Shown here: piece after piece, positions 27,982 to 37,834 of the stretch
How the letters are laid out: each line of letters starts with the position of its first letter
Position numbering within the stretch: the stretch's first letter is position 1
NCBI GenBank assembly: GCA_964416155.1
Contig: CAYQCW010000006.1
Coordinates: 1-53,544 of the forward strand
From: an uncultured Nitrososphaerota archaeon
GTDB lineage: Archaea; Thermoproteota; EX4484-205; JAAOZP01
DNA: 53,544 nucleotides
Direction: 5' to 3'
Position numbers and translations under genes: made by a program
The notes under the pieces: model-generated
What the model was told of the DNA's origin: nothing
The model's input: only the letters and a program-made list of their open reading frames with translations
Database searches by the model: none

Positions 27982-29211
27982 ATGATGCTTGACAAGGATT
28001 CGATGAAGACGTTCCACCTGCTGGTCTCTCTCGATGAAGCGCTTCAACTAATCTATGGAAAGATAAGGCAGGTTGAAACGGTTGAGGAAGTTGACTTGGA
28101 TGATGCTGTCGGGAGGGTTTCCGCAGAGGATGTTAAGGCTCCTTTCAACGTTCCTTTTTTCGACAGGTCTGCGATGGACGGTTACTGCGTTAGGGCTGAG
28201 GATGTTTACGGTGCTAGCCAGTTTAACCCTGTCAGGCTCAGGGTTGTCGACACGGTTGGCGTTGACGAGGAGCCTAGGCGGCCAGTGGGGGCTGGAGAAT
28301 GCGTTCAGGTTGCCACTGGAAGCATTATCCCGGAAGGAGGCGATGCAGTAGTTATGCATGAGCATACTGAGCGCATTGGAGAAGAAGTCTTCGTGTATAG
28401 GCCTGTCTACCCCGGCGAGAATATTTCTAAGAAGGGTTCAGACATCCCTTGCGGGAAGGAGATTATTAAGAAGGGCGATTACCTTAACGCTTCCAAGATA
28501 GGTGTTTTAGCGGCTCTAGGAATGGCTAGGGTTAGGGTTTACGAGAAGCCGAAGGTACTCATAATCCCGACTGGAAGCGAGCTGGCTAAAGTTGGGAATA
28601 AAAAGTCAGCCGTGCAGATATACGATATAAACTCTCACACTCTCGCCGCCGTAGTCAAGGAGAACGGGGGGATACCTGTTTTACACGAGATTGTCCCTGA
28701 CGATGAGAAGGAGGTTGAGAAGGCTTTAGAAAAAGGTTTTGAGAGCAGCCTCATTATGATAACCGGGGGGAGTTCGGTTGGCGCGAAAGACATTATTTAC
28801 GATGTGCTCAGCAAGAGGGGAGAGGTGCTTTTCCACGGTGTACAGGTTAAGCCTGGGAAACCCACTGTAGGAGCAGTCTTCGAAAACAGGATTGTGCTGG
28901 CGATGCCGGGTCACCCTGCTTCCTGCCTAAGCAACGCCTATCTCTTCCTAAGGCCTGTTTTAAGAAGGGTTGCAAGGCTGCCTGAAGCCGGATTGAGGAC
29001 GGTTAGGGCTAGGCTTGCCAGAAGGGTTGTTTCAACACTGGGGAGAAGGTTCTTCCTGACCGTCAGGATTAGGAACGGGGAGGCTGAGCCTGTTTTCAAA
29101 GAATCGTCCGCGATAACCAGCATGGCTGAAGCCGACGGGTATATCGTGATACCTGAGAATGCTGACACTGTTGAAAAAGGAGACTGGGTTGAGGTGCATC
29201 TTTTCCAGTAG
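27982..29211 (+). CDS. moeA: Molybdopterin molybdenumtransferase MoeA
   Basis: PFFDRSAMDGY, VATGS.IPEGGDAVVM.E, TGSEL, YDINS, TGGSSVG.KD, KPGKP and MPGHPAS motifs. Confidence 0.95.
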   Translation: MMLDKDSMKTFHLLVSLDEALQLIYGKIRQVETVEEVDLDDAVGRVSAEDVKAPFNVPFFDRSAMDGYCVRAEDVYGASQFNPVRLRVVDTVGVDEEPRRPVGAGECVQVATGSIIPEGGDAVVMHEHTERIGEEVFVYRPVYPGENISKKGSDIPCGKEIIKKGDYLNASKIGVLAALGMARVRVYEKPKVLIIPTGSELAKVGNKKSAVQIYDINSHTLAAVVKENGGIPVLHEIVPDDEKEVEKALEKGFESSLIMITGGSSVGAKDIIYDVLSKRGEVLFHGVQVKPGKPTVGAVFENRIVLAMPGHPASCLSNAYLFLRPVLRRVARLPEAGLRTVRARLARRVVSTLGRRFFLTVRIRNGEAEPVFKESSAITSMAEADGYIVIPENADTVEKGDWVEVHLFQ

Positions 29212-29257
29212 GCTGAACAACAGTAGGTTTATAACCCTTAGTAGTAGTGAAAGATAA

Positions 29258-30556
29258 ATGATCGAAAGGGGAAAAGCAGTAGCGTTTCCAACCATCCTTA
29301 TACTCGTTATTGCTGTCGCCATGCTCCCAGTTAGGGCTGACGGTGAAGAGGTTAGGATCAACTGGCTTGTTGAGGGAAATCCAGGCTTCTTTTTCGACAT
29401 CGCTTTCTCAACCTGCGAGAAGGGTCCGCACATCTACGTGGCTGGTTTCGACTCATCCACCGAGAGCGGCGTACTACAGATGCGTGTTGAAAAGAGGCTT
29501 AAGAGCGACGGGTCTCTGGTTAAAAACTGGACTTACATGCCCTCGGAATACGGGGGATTGCTGTACGGCTGCGCAATCAGCAACGATAGGCTCTACGCTG
29601 TCGGAGCAGTCTACTCCGTAAACTACAGCATCTGGGCAATACTGGTTCTAGATCCCGACCTGAACCTGCTTAGTGGCGTAAACCTGACGGAAATAGCTGG
29701 GGCAGCGATTTCAGCCTTTTGCGACCAGGAGTTTCTCTATGTCGCCGGCATCAGCACAACCGAGTCGGGTGAAAGAATATACGTCAGAAAGATCAGGCAC
29801 AGCGACCTAAGCCTGATTAAGGAGTATTTTTCTAACCTTTCGGATGTGAATTACGCTTATGATATTGCTTTAAACCCGTTGAGCAACCAGCTATGGGTCG
29901 TGGGAAACGTCAACTCTGAAAAATGGAGGATTGAAGTCTTGGATAAGGATCTTAACCTGGTTAAAGGCTTGGAGACCGATATTGGTTCCTCCGCAACCTC
30001 AGTGGGCTTTGACGATGACGGCTATTCTTATGTTGTTGGGGACGGAGGTATACTTAAGCTCGGCAGAGATGTGGAGGAGGTTAAGAGATACGTTCAGCCC
30101 CTGCTCTTCTCTAAAACCCTGTGGTTAAACAACCGTCTTTACGTGGCCGGCGGGGAGAGCGTGGGCGACTATGTTAGGCAGGTCCTTTATGTTTTCGACC
30201 GTGAGCTTAACCTGCTTAACAGAACAGTAATAAGCACGGGTATGGATGCTGATGCAATGTTTCTCATGGGTAAAATGGCGTCAGACGGTGAAAACATATA
30301 TCTAGCGGGCCTCGCATACCTCGGCTACTATGACTACGAGTGGGTCGTATACTCGATAAAAGTAGGCAGTTACACAGCCCCCTGGTACGTGAAACACTGG
30401 TATTTAACGCTGATACTCGTAACAGTGTTGCTGGCTGTTTCAGCACTTCTCCTCCTGCTTATGAGGAGGAGAAGGAGACTAAGGCAGGCTCCCCAGGCAG
30501 AGCCTTCTTCAGAAAGCGGAGAGCAGCAGCTTGAGGGCACGCGTCCAGTTGGCTGA
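29258..30556 (+). CDS. Cell-surface protein: signal peptide, probable beta-propeller, C-terminal TM anchor
   Basis: Signal peptide ending VRA, repeated IYVAG/LYAVG/LYVAG/LWVVG/IYLAG blades, and a C-terminal hydrophobic helix followed by RRRRR. Confidence 0.7.
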   Translation: MIERGKAVAFPTILILVIAVAMLPVRADGEEVRINWLVEGNPGFFFDIAFSTCEKGPHIYVAGFDSSTESGVLQMRVEKRLKSDGSLVKNWTYMPSEYGGLLYGCAISNDRLYAVGAVYSVNYSIWAILVLDPDLNLLSGVNLTEIAGAAISAFCDQEFLYVAGISTTESGERIYVRKIRHSDLSLIKEYFSNLSDVNYAYDIALNPLSNQLWVVGNVNSEKWRIEVLDKDLNLVKGLETDIGSSATSVGFDDDGYSYVVGDGGILKLGRDVEEVKRYVQPLLFSKTLWLNNRLYVAGGESVGDYVRQVLYVFDRELNLLNRTVISTGMDADAMFLMGKMASDGENIYLAGLAYLGYYDYEWVVYSIKVGSYTAPWYVKHWYLTLILVTVLLAVSALLLLLMRRRRRLRQAPQAEPSSESGEQQLEGTRPVG

Positions 30557-30566
30557 TCAGCAGGCT

Positions 30567-31568
30567 TTACAGTTCTTCGACAATTATTTCCCTGTTCTCC
30601 TCAGCAGACCTTCTGGCTGACAGAACCAGGCTCAGGCTTCTAGCACCCTCCTCTATAGGGTTCCTCGTCGGCGTGTCTCTCTTTATAGCGGTTAGGAAGT
30701 CCAAGTTTACTGCTTCCGTAAGATTCTTTCTGGAGGCTACAGTCAACTGCTCCTCCCACGGCTTATTCGTAGGAGTGAAAACCGCATTATTGGCGTCGGT
30801 GAAGAAAACAGTCAGGTTCCTGGAAACAATGTTCAACTCGTGAAGCCACTTGTTCGGTACTGCGAAGTTCGTGGCGGATATTGCTCCAAGCCCCCCGTGT
30901 TTAAACCTTAAGATGCATACGCTAACATCCTCCACAGTATAGCCTTCAACATCCGTATGGAAAAGATTATCCATCCTGCAGTAGACGCTCTGAGGCTCCC
31001 CGGCCATAAACCTTGAGAGGTCGTACAGGTGTATGATTTGCTCGACAACCTGGCCGCCGCTCTTAGACTTGTCCCTCCACCAAGGAGAGTGCAGGGAATT
31101 ACAGTAGTATTTCGCTAGAAACAGGCCGACCGGCCCTGCTTCCCCTTGTTCAGCCATCCTCTTGAAATACTCGACGGCAGCTCCAAACCTAAGCTGAAAC
31201 CCTACCTGTGTCTTTATGCTGTGTCTCCTGGCGGCATCAACCATGCTCCTCGCCTTCCCCATGTCCAAGGCTATCGGCTTCTCGATGAAAACGTGGACAC
31301 CGTTTTCAGCAGCGGTCTCAACCTCGTTTGAATGCGCGAACGGGGGCAGGCAGACGTAGACGGCGTCAAGCTTCTCCCTCTCAAGCATTCTGGTGAAAGC
31401 AGTGTACACCGTAGCATTACCCTTCGCATACCTAGCGTTGAAATCTCTAGCCTTATCCTCAACAATGTCACAGAAGGAAGCCAGCTGAACCTCCCTCATG
31501 TTTGAGAGAACCTGCATATGCGCGTTCGCTATCCCCCCGCACCCTATTAATCCTACTCTGAGAACCAT
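30567..31568 (-). CDS. Gfo/Idh/MocA family oxidoreductase
   Basis: VGLIGCGGIA, HVFIEKP, VGFQLRF, WW.DKSKSGG.VVEQIIH.YD motifs. Confidence 0.92.
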   Translation of the reverse strand: MVLRVGLIGCGGIANAHMQVLSNMREVQLASFCDIVEDKARDFNARYAKGNATVYTAFTRMLEREKLDAVYVCLPPFAHSNEVETAAENGVHVFIEKPIALDMGKARSMVDAARRHSIKTQVGFQLRFGAAVEYFKRMAEQGEAGPVGLFLAKYYCNSLHSPWWRDKSKSGGQVVEQIIHLYDLSRFMAGEPQSVYCRMDNLFHTDVEGYTVEDVSVCILRFKHGGLGAISATNFAVPNKWLHELNIVSRNLTVFFTDANNAVFTPTNKPWEEQLTVASRKNLTEAVNLDFLTAIKRDTPTRNPIEEGARSLSLVLSARRSAEENREIIVEEL

Positions 31569-31634
31569 GGCTCAACTGGTTTTTAAGAAGGGTAATAAAC
31601 TTAACTCGGAGAAGCCTGTTCCCCTGGGCACGGG

Positions 31635-32681
31635 CTACCGGTACCAGTCTAAACTGTTCTCTATGTAGGTGATCAACCGATTGAAAAAATACTTGGCTTC
31701 CCTGCCCATACTCGTCTCAGCAATAAGCCTCCTAGCCTCCTCAGCATGCCTCCTGGAGGCCATCCTAGCTTTTTCAAGCCCTCCGCTGCCCCTGACAAGA
31801 TCCCTAACCTTTTCAACCTCCTCCCTGCTTAGGCTTACCCTTCCGCAAAGGCTTTTCAAAAAGCCGGCTACTCCGGGTTCACGCGACTCTAGAGCATAGA
31901 TTATGTGAAGAGGCTTCTTACCGAGCCTTATGTCGCCACAAGGCGGTCTACCGTAATCTTCCTCCGACGTGTAAGTGTCTATTATGTCATCCTGAATATC
32001 GAAAGCATAACCCATGTTTACAGCAGCCTCCCTGAGAAGCCGTTGATCATTCTCAGAAGCGCCTCCGAGAACTCCTCCAGTAAGCATAGTGACCTTGAAG
32101 AGGGATGCCGCCCTCTTAGAGGCCATTACGCGCCACTCCTCCACACCCACATCCCTGTATTCGAAGAGGAGGTCGAGCATCTGACTCTCGTTAACCTCCC
32201 TATAACCTTCCGAAAGCAGAAGCACGATTTCAGCAACCTTATCGCTGGGGAAACCCGAGCCCATTATGATTTGTACACTAAGGGAGTAAGCAATGTTTCC
32301 CAGGAAGACGGCAAACCCTTCTCCCAGTCTTTCGTCAAACATTTTTGAGAAAAGCCTGTGAATCGTTCCACCGCCCCTCCTGGTTTCCTCCATGTCTACC
32401 AAGTCGTCGTGAACAAGAATGCTCTGCCTGTAAACCTCGATGCCGGCGCAGACATTAAGTATTTTCTCATCAACCGTTTCGGCGTAGCCCTTGTACGTGA
32501 CGAGCGTGCTGCAGGAGGCCAGCCTCTTACCCTTCCGAAGCGTAAACTCTTTTAAGCAGCCGTAAGCATCCTTTACAAACGGGTGGTAAGCCTCAGCCTC
32601 CTTAACGGTTTTCGACAGGATTTCTCCAACCTTTTTCTCAACCATCACGCTATACTCATCGAGAACGGTTTCCCAATCCAT
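31635..32681 (-). CDS. Polyprenyl (geranylgeranyl) diphosphate synthase family
   Basis: GKRL, LVHDDLVD...RRG (FARM), Q.LD and FDIQDDIID (SARM) motifs. Confidence 0.9.
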   Translation of the reverse strand: MDWETVLDEYSVMVEKKVGEILSKTVKEAEAYHPFVKDAYGCLKEFTLRKGKRLASCSTLVTYKGYAETVDEKILNVCAGIEVYRQSILVHDDLVDMEETRRGGGTIHRLFSKMFDERLGEGFAVFLGNIAYSLSVQIIMGSGFPSDKVAEIVLLLSEGYREVNESQMLDLLFEYRDVGVEEWRVMASKRAASLFKVTMLTGGVLGGASENDQRLLREAAVNMGYAFDIQDDIIDTYTSEEDYGRPPCGDIRLGKKPLHIIYALESREPGVAGFLKSLCGRVSLSREEVEKVRDLVRGSGGLEKARMASRRHAEEARRLIAETSMGREAKYFFNRLITYIENSLDWYR

Positions 32682-32762
32682 TCTACTGGGAGGAGGACTG
32701 TACGCTCATAAACCTTTGGGTTAAACCACTTAGCCCCGCCTTGAAAAATCATATAAATGTCG

Positions 32763-32776
32763 GGAAGGATCCTTAC
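32763..32776. promoter_or_regulatory. Possible NrpR-type operator upstream of nrpR
   Basis: GGAA-GGATCC-TTAC is one mismatch from the methanococcal NrpR operator GGAA-N6-TTCC. It lies between the TATA-like CATATAAA and ATG 32783. Confidence 0.35.
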
Positions 32777-32782
32777 ACCGAG

Positions 32783-33769
32783 ATGGTTAAGCATGGTCAG
32801 CGCGAAGAGCCTGTTAAAATCAGTATACTTAGAATTCTTAGCGAGGGCAGTGAGCCTGTGGGGTCCACTACAATAACTAGGGAGCTTGTTAAAAGAGGGG
32901 TCTTCATTAATGAGAGAACAGTGAGAAACTATTTGAAGGCTCTTGAAAACAAGGGTCTCGTACTTAGCCACGGTAAGAATGGGCGTTCAATAACCGAGGC
33001 TGGGCTCCAAGAGTTAATCAAAACTTTAACTTATCAACGATTAGACTTCGTGCTTACACGCTATCTTTCACTCGCATACTCAATAACCTTCACACCCAAG
33101 TCTAACAGGGGCAGGGTTGTCGCTAATGTGACTCTCGTAGACAAGGATAATCTGGATAAGGCTCTCGAGGTCTTGCGGAGCCTTAACGACGCCAAGCTGC
33201 TTCTCGCACCCTACTTTAAAATAATAGATGAGGACGAGTCGTACGAGAATATTTCCGTAGACAAGGGTAGGGCCGCGCTTCTAACAGTATGCAACCTGAC
33301 TGTCGACGGCATCCTCATAAGGTCGGGAATACCATTAATCCTTAAGTACGGCGGGATACTGCAGTTCGTAAACAGGAAGCCCGTGAGATTCGTGGAGCTG
33401 ATGTCTTACGAGGGTACAACCGTGCCTCCCCTCGAAGTCTTCACCTACAGGAATATGACTTCAATAATGGGGTTTCTGAAAACCGGGACCGGTTTGATAC
33501 CTGCAAACTACAGGGAGACACCGAGGGAGGCTCGGGACAGAGTTGAGTCAATACTTTCAGACTTATCGTCAGTAGGATGGAGCATTCTTTCAGTAATCGG
33601 CCTCCCCGAGGAACCTCTCCTGGGAATACCGGTTGGAGCCGGCAGGTGTGGCGTCTCCATAATAAGCGGAGTAACCCCCACGGCAGCCCTAAGGGAGACA
33701 GGCTTGAACGTTGAGGTTTTCGCACCCCACTGCCTGGCTAGGGTTGAAGACATGAAGCTGATTGAATAG
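32783..33769 (+). CDS. nrpR: NrpR-family nitrogen repressor (winged HTH plus one NrpR regulatory domain)
   Basis: ILRIL....EPVGS..I..EL...G..INERTVRNYL..LE..GL...GR.ITEAG.QEL, then GRVVAN, TVCNLTVDGIL, RFVELMSYEGTT.PPLEVF and G.IPANYRE. Start set at ATG 32783; the ORF track begins at 32741. Confidence 0.9.
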   Translation: MVKHGQREEPVKISILRILSEGSEPVGSTTITRELVKRGVFINERTVRNYLKALENKGLVLSHGKNGRSITEAGLQELIKTLTYQRLDFVLTRYLSLAYSITFTPKSNRGRVVANVTLVDKDNLDKALEVLRSLNDAKLLLAPYFKIIDEDESYENISVDKGRAALLTVCNLTVDGILIRSGIPLILKYGGILQFVNRKPVRFVELMSYEGTTVPPLEVFTYRNMTSIMGFLKTGTGLIPANYRETPREARDRVESILSDLSSVGWSILSVIGLPEEPLLGIPVGAGRCGVSIISGVTPTAALRETGLNVEVFAPHCLARVEDMKLIE

Positions 33770-33786
33770 GCTTCGCGCTTGGGTGA

Positions 33787-33921
33787 ATGAATGTGTCATT
33801 GGAAGAGAGAAGAGAAAGATTAGCGAGGAGGCTCAAGCCACTGCCGGAGGAATATGGAGTTGCTTTTCGAACAGCCTTCATGCGAGAGCCTGCGAAATGC
33901 TTCCTTCCGAGCGTTTCTTGA
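33787..33921 (+). pseudogene. Possible 5' remnant of an MNT antitoxin gene
   Basis: GGGTGA SD, then MNVSLEERRERLARRLKPLPEEYGVAF, resembling the helix and strand before an MNT FGS motif. The similarity then breaks off. Confidence 0.3.
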
Positions 33922-33993
33922 GCACTTCGGAGGAAAGCGGATAAATGGGTCGAGCGCACTATGTTTTGCAAAGCGTTTCTTAAACTTTAAGCA

Positions 33994-34344
33994 TCATACC
34001 ACTACTCCTTCAAGAATGGTTGAGCGATACACGGGATTTCCCTTAGCCTCTTTACCAGTTGCCAAGTGTATTTCAAACGGGTGGTAGAGTGGTAGGCCTG
34101 CTTCCTCCTCTATTTTTGCCTTCAAGCTTCCTCTGCTCCTGAAATCCTCAGGCAGTTTATCGCTGACTATGAGTATGTCGACGTCGCTTCCGCCAGCAGC
34201 CTGCTCTTTTACCACGCTTCCGAAAACGTAGACTTCGCAGGAACCGAGAAGCCTTCTAGCCGCCTCGCCTCCTGTGTTTTTAAAAATCGTCAATAGTGAT
34301 TTTGGCCTTGGCGCAAACCTCCTCTTTATGCTTAAACAGTTCAT
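33994..34344 (-). CDS. Minimal nucleotidyltransferase (MNT) domain protein, orphan and possibly 5'-eroded
   Basis: VYVFGSVVKEQAAGGSDVDILIV matches GS-X10-DXD; PFEIHL follows. Confidence 0.75.
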   Translation of the reverse strand: MNCLSIKRRFAPRPKSLLTIFKNTGGEAARRLLGSCEVYVFGSVVKEQAAGGSDVDILIVSDKLPEDFRSRGSLKAKIEEEAGLPLYHPFEIHLATGKEAKGNPVYRSTILEGVVV

Positions 34345-34541
34345 CGAACCTGATTATGGGTTTGCCAGCGTGCATAATATACTCCTTTCAACCAGCAAGC
34401 TCTAACAGGAAGGAATTGTCTGCCAGTCTTCTCTGGGAAGAGAGCAGTGCACTATAGGCTTTAACATCCTTCTAATTATTACGCTTCCTCGTGCATGAAT
34501 GTCTAATTTTTAGCCATTTTTCTGAAAGCTTGAACATAAGG

Positions 34542-34549
34542 TTTATATA
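34542..34549 (+). promoter_or_regulatory. TATA box of glnA (probably leaderless transcript)
   Basis: TTTATATA ends 23 nt before ATG 34573. Confidence 0.6.
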
Positions 34550-34572
34550 GTGCTTTTTTTACAGTTAAGGGT

Positions 34573-36033
34573 ATGCCGTCTGAGGGTGAAAGTGTTTCAA
34601 GCGTAGTGAAGAGGATTGCTGAAGAAGGAGTCAGGTTCATCGACTTCCAGTTCACCGATCTTCCCGGACACTTGCATCATATCACGATACCTGCTGGAAG
34701 ATTTAGCTCGAGCATGTTTTCTCAAGGGGTTCCGAAGCTTGATGGATCGTCGATAAGAGGCTTCATGGAGATTTTTGAATCAGACCTTGTTTTAAAACCG
34801 GATCCCTCTACTTTTGCAATTATTCCCTGGGGGAGCACTGAGAATAAGACAGCAAGGTTTCTTTGCGATGTCTACATGGGGTATGGTGGCGGCAGGCTGT
34901 CCAAGGACCCAAGACATGTGGCTAAAAAAGCTGAAGAATACGCTTTAGAGCAAGGTTTCCTGTCTTACTGGGGTCCTGAAGTCGAGTTCTTCATTTTCAA
35001 GAAGGTTATGTGGGATGTGTTGAATCCATATAAAGGACAATCCTACAGTATTGAATCTCCTGAAGCAGCATGGACTTCCGGAGAAGGATATCCGATAAGA
35101 TTTAAAGAAGGATATTTTCCAGCACCCCCACACGATACTCTCATGGAGTATCGTTCAACAGTCGTGAGACTGATGGAAGACTATTTTGGAATAACTTGTG
35201 AAGCCCATCATCACGAGGTTGCTACAGCAGGTCAGTGTGAAATAGACATGGTTAGAGACAGGCTGGTTAGGATGGCCGACAACGTTATGACCCTCAAGTA
35301 TATTGCTAAGAATGTTGCTGTGCAGCAGGGGATGGTTGCGACGATGATGCCTAAGCCGATTTTTGGAGATAATGCGAGCGGGATGCATGTTCACGTCAGC
35401 CTCTGGGGAGACCCTGTTTCAACAATCGCTGAACAGCAGCTTGCAAACCTTTTCTACGATGCTGAAGACGAGTATGCCGAACTGAGCCAGCTTGGAAGAT
35501 ACTTTGTGGGAGGTCTTCTCGAGCACAGCAGGGCCTTGACGGCGATAACCAACCCGTCTACCAACTCTTACAGGAGGCTTGTCCCAGGCTACGAGGCCCC
35601 GGTTTTCATAGCCTGGAGCAAGGGCAACAGGTCTGCAAACGTCAGGATACCGGTCTACGAGAAGGGTGCTGCCAACGCTGCGAGAAAGAGGGTGGAGTTT
35701 AGAACTCCAGACCCCTCATGCAACCCATACTTGTGCTTCGCCGCAATAATGAGTGCTGGACTTGACGGCATAATGAGGAAAATCGATCCTGGCGACCCTG
35801 TGGATGAAAACATTTACCATTTGACTCCTGAAAGAAGGAGGCAGCTGGGAATAAAAGAGCTGCCTGGAAGCCTTAAGGAAGCAGTTGAATGTCTAAAGAG
35901 TGACAGTGAATTTCTGAAACCGGTTTTCTCAAACGAATTGATAGAAACGATTATCGAAAACAATTTACGCGACCATGTTCAAGTGTCTGCAAGAACCCAT
36001 CCATACGAGTTCTATCTCTACTTCGACGTCTAG
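34573..36033 (+). CDS. glnA: Glutamine synthetase type I
   Basis: DGSSIRGF, ESDL, GPEVEFF, HHEVATAGQCEI, MPKP.FGDNASGMHVH, NSYRRLVPGYEAP, NRSANVRIP and EFRTPDPSCNPYL motifs. Confidence 0.98.
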   Translation: MPSEGESVSSVVKRIAEEGVRFIDFQFTDLPGHLHHITIPAGRFSSSMFSQGVPKLDGSSIRGFMEIFESDLVLKPDPSTFAIIPWGSTENKTARFLCDVYMGYGGGRLSKDPRHVAKKAEEYALEQGFLSYWGPEVEFFIFKKVMWDVLNPYKGQSYSIESPEAAWTSGEGYPIRFKEGYFPAPPHDTLMEYRSTVVRLMEDYFGITCEAHHHEVATAGQCEIDMVRDRLVRMADNVMTLKYIAKNVAVQQGMVATMMPKPIFGDNASGMHVHVSLWGDPVSTIAEQQLANLFYDAEDEYAELSQLGRYFVGGLLEHSRALTAITNPSTNSYRRLVPGYEAPVFIAWSKGNRSANVRIPVYEKGAANAARKRVEFRTPDPSCNPYLCFAAIMSAGLDGIMRKIDPGDPVDENIYHLTPERRRQLGIKELPGSLKEAVECLKSDSEFLKPVFSNELIETIIENNLRDHVQVSARTHPYEFYLYFDV

Positions 36034-36108
36034 AAGAATGATGGTAGACTAGATTTCAAGGCTGACGCTATAATTAAAAATTAGGGATTCGTCTACAGAA
36101 AACAATGT

Positions 36109-37794
36109 ATGGTGCTTAATAAAATGAAAGTCGCCATGGCACAGGTAAATTGTACAGTGGGCGATATTGAAGGAAACATTAGGAAAATAAGAGAATACAT
36201 AAAAATGGCTAATGAGCGTGGAGCCGATCTCGTAGCGTTTCCAGAGCTAACTGTAACCGGGTATCCTCCTCAAGACTTGCTGCTTGAAAAGACCTTCGTT
36301 AAAAGCCAAAGAGAAATGCTGTTTAAAACTATTAGAGAAAACAGCGTTTCAATAGCAGGGGTAGTTGGGTTTGTCGATTATAAGGGGGGAAGCTTGTATA
36401 ATGCTGCTGCTGTTTTCAATGGCAGTAGGATTGTTAAAATAGTTTACAAAACACTTTTGCCTACATATGATGTGTTTGATGAAGCAAGATATTTCAAGCC
36501 AGCGCTGGTGAGCGAGATAAAACCTGTATTAATCGGCTTCAACACGATTAAATTTAAACTTGGCGTTGAAATATGTGAAGACCTATGGGATAAAAAGTAT
36601 GATGTAAAGGTTACTGATTTGCTGGTAAATCGAGGAGCACAGTTGATCATCAATATTTCGGCCTCTCCGTTCTACGCTGGGAAAAGATTCGAAAGATTAA
36701 AATTGTTAAGGGAGAAATCTAGAAAGAACAGAATTCCGATATTCTACGTTAACCTGGTTGGGGGGCAGGATGAACTGGTTTTCGACGGGCAGAGCATGGC
36801 GGTTGACAGTTCAGGTAATCCGATAGCTGTTGGTAAACAATTTGAAGAGGATTTAATAATTACTGACATTGATCTTAAAAACGGGACAGGTAGGAAGATT
36901 AAGCCTCCGCCATATCATAGGGAACAGGAAATGTTTAACGCCATCGTCCTCGGGATACGTGACTATTTCAGGAAAACAGGCTTTAAAAAGGCGGTTGTAG
37001 GAATGAGTGGTGGAATAGATTCATCTTTAACAACATGCATAGCAGTGGAGGCTTTGGGGAGGGAAAACGTGATTGGCGTCTACATGCCTTCCCAATATTC
37101 TAGTCAGCATAGTAAAGAGGATGCTCGAAAAGTGGCTGAAAACCTTGGAATATGCTTCGTGGAAATCCCTATTCAAGAAATTGTTGAAGCCTATCGAAAG
37201 ATCTTGGAAGAACCCTTGGAAAAAATAAGGCGTCGCTTCGACTTAACGAAGCAGAGGGACGACCCTGTTGCCGATGAAAACATACAGCCCAGAATAAGGG
37301 GAAACATTCTGATGGACATATCGAATCGGCTTAAAGACTTGAAAATACTTGTTGTAAATACGGGTAATAAGACCGAACTCGCACTCGGCTACTGCACTCT
37401 ATATGGGGACATGGCTGGCGGAATTGGTGCTCCGGGTGATGTGAGCAAGCTTGAGGTCTACAATTTAGCAAGGTATGTTAATGAAAAAGCTGGAAAAGAG
37501 ATCATTCCCAGAAGGGTTTTTGAGAAGAAGCCTTCGCCGGAATTGAAAGAAGGGCAGTACGACCCTTTCGACTTCAGCATTGTCAGCCCATTGGTAGACG
37601 AGATAGTGGAGGAGCGTCGGGGCAAACAGGAGTTGATAAAAGCAGGTTATCCTGAGGAGGTTGTGGAAGATGTTTACAGAAGAATTAGAAACGCAGAATA
37701 TAAGAGACGGCAAGCTCCTCCCTGCGTAAAAATTACGCCTAAAGCATTTGGCATCGGGTGGAAGATGCCGATAGTTAACTTATGGAAAGGATGA
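36109..37794 (+). CDS. nadE: Glutamine-dependent NAD+ synthetase (nitrilase plus synthetase domains)
   Basis: Nitrilase triad FPEL / KTLLPTYDVFDE / ICEDLW, plus SGGIDS, ENIQPRIRG, TGNKTE, GYCTLYGD, PSPEL and EYKRRQAP. Confidence 0.96.
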   Translation: MVLNKMKVAMAQVNCTVGDIEGNIRKIREYIKMANERGADLVAFPELTVTGYPPQDLLLEKTFVKSQREMLFKTIRENSVSIAGVVGFVDYKGGSLYNAAAVFNGSRIVKIVYKTLLPTYDVFDEARYFKPALVSEIKPVLIGFNTIKFKLGVEICEDLWDKKYDVKVTDLLVNRGAQLIINISASPFYAGKRFERLKLLREKSRKNRIPIFYVNLVGGQDELVFDGQSMAVDSSGNPIAVGKQFEEDLIITDIDLKNGTGRKIKPPPYHREQEMFNAIVLGIRDYFRKTGFKKAVVGMSGGIDSSLTTCIAVEALGRENVIGVYMPSQYSSQHSKEDARKVAENLGICFVEIPIQEIVEAYRKILEEPLEKIRRRFDLTKQRDDPVADENIQPRIRGNILMDISNRLKDLKILVVNTGNKTELALGYCTLYGDMAGGIGAPGDVSKLEVYNLARYVNEKAGKEIIPRRVFEKKPSPELKEGQYDPFDFSIVSPLVDEIVEERRGKQELIKAGYPEEVVEDVYRRIRNAEYKRRQAPPCVKITPKAFGIGWKMPIVNLWKG

Positions 37795-37834
37795 ATAGCA
37801 TCATAGCCTCTTTCAAAAAATCAGAACGATGTTT

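Noticed and set aside
36038-36065. ATGATGG...CTGA between glnA and nadE as a possible C/D sRNA
   Set aside because: Imperfect C box, a single guide region and no terminal stem.
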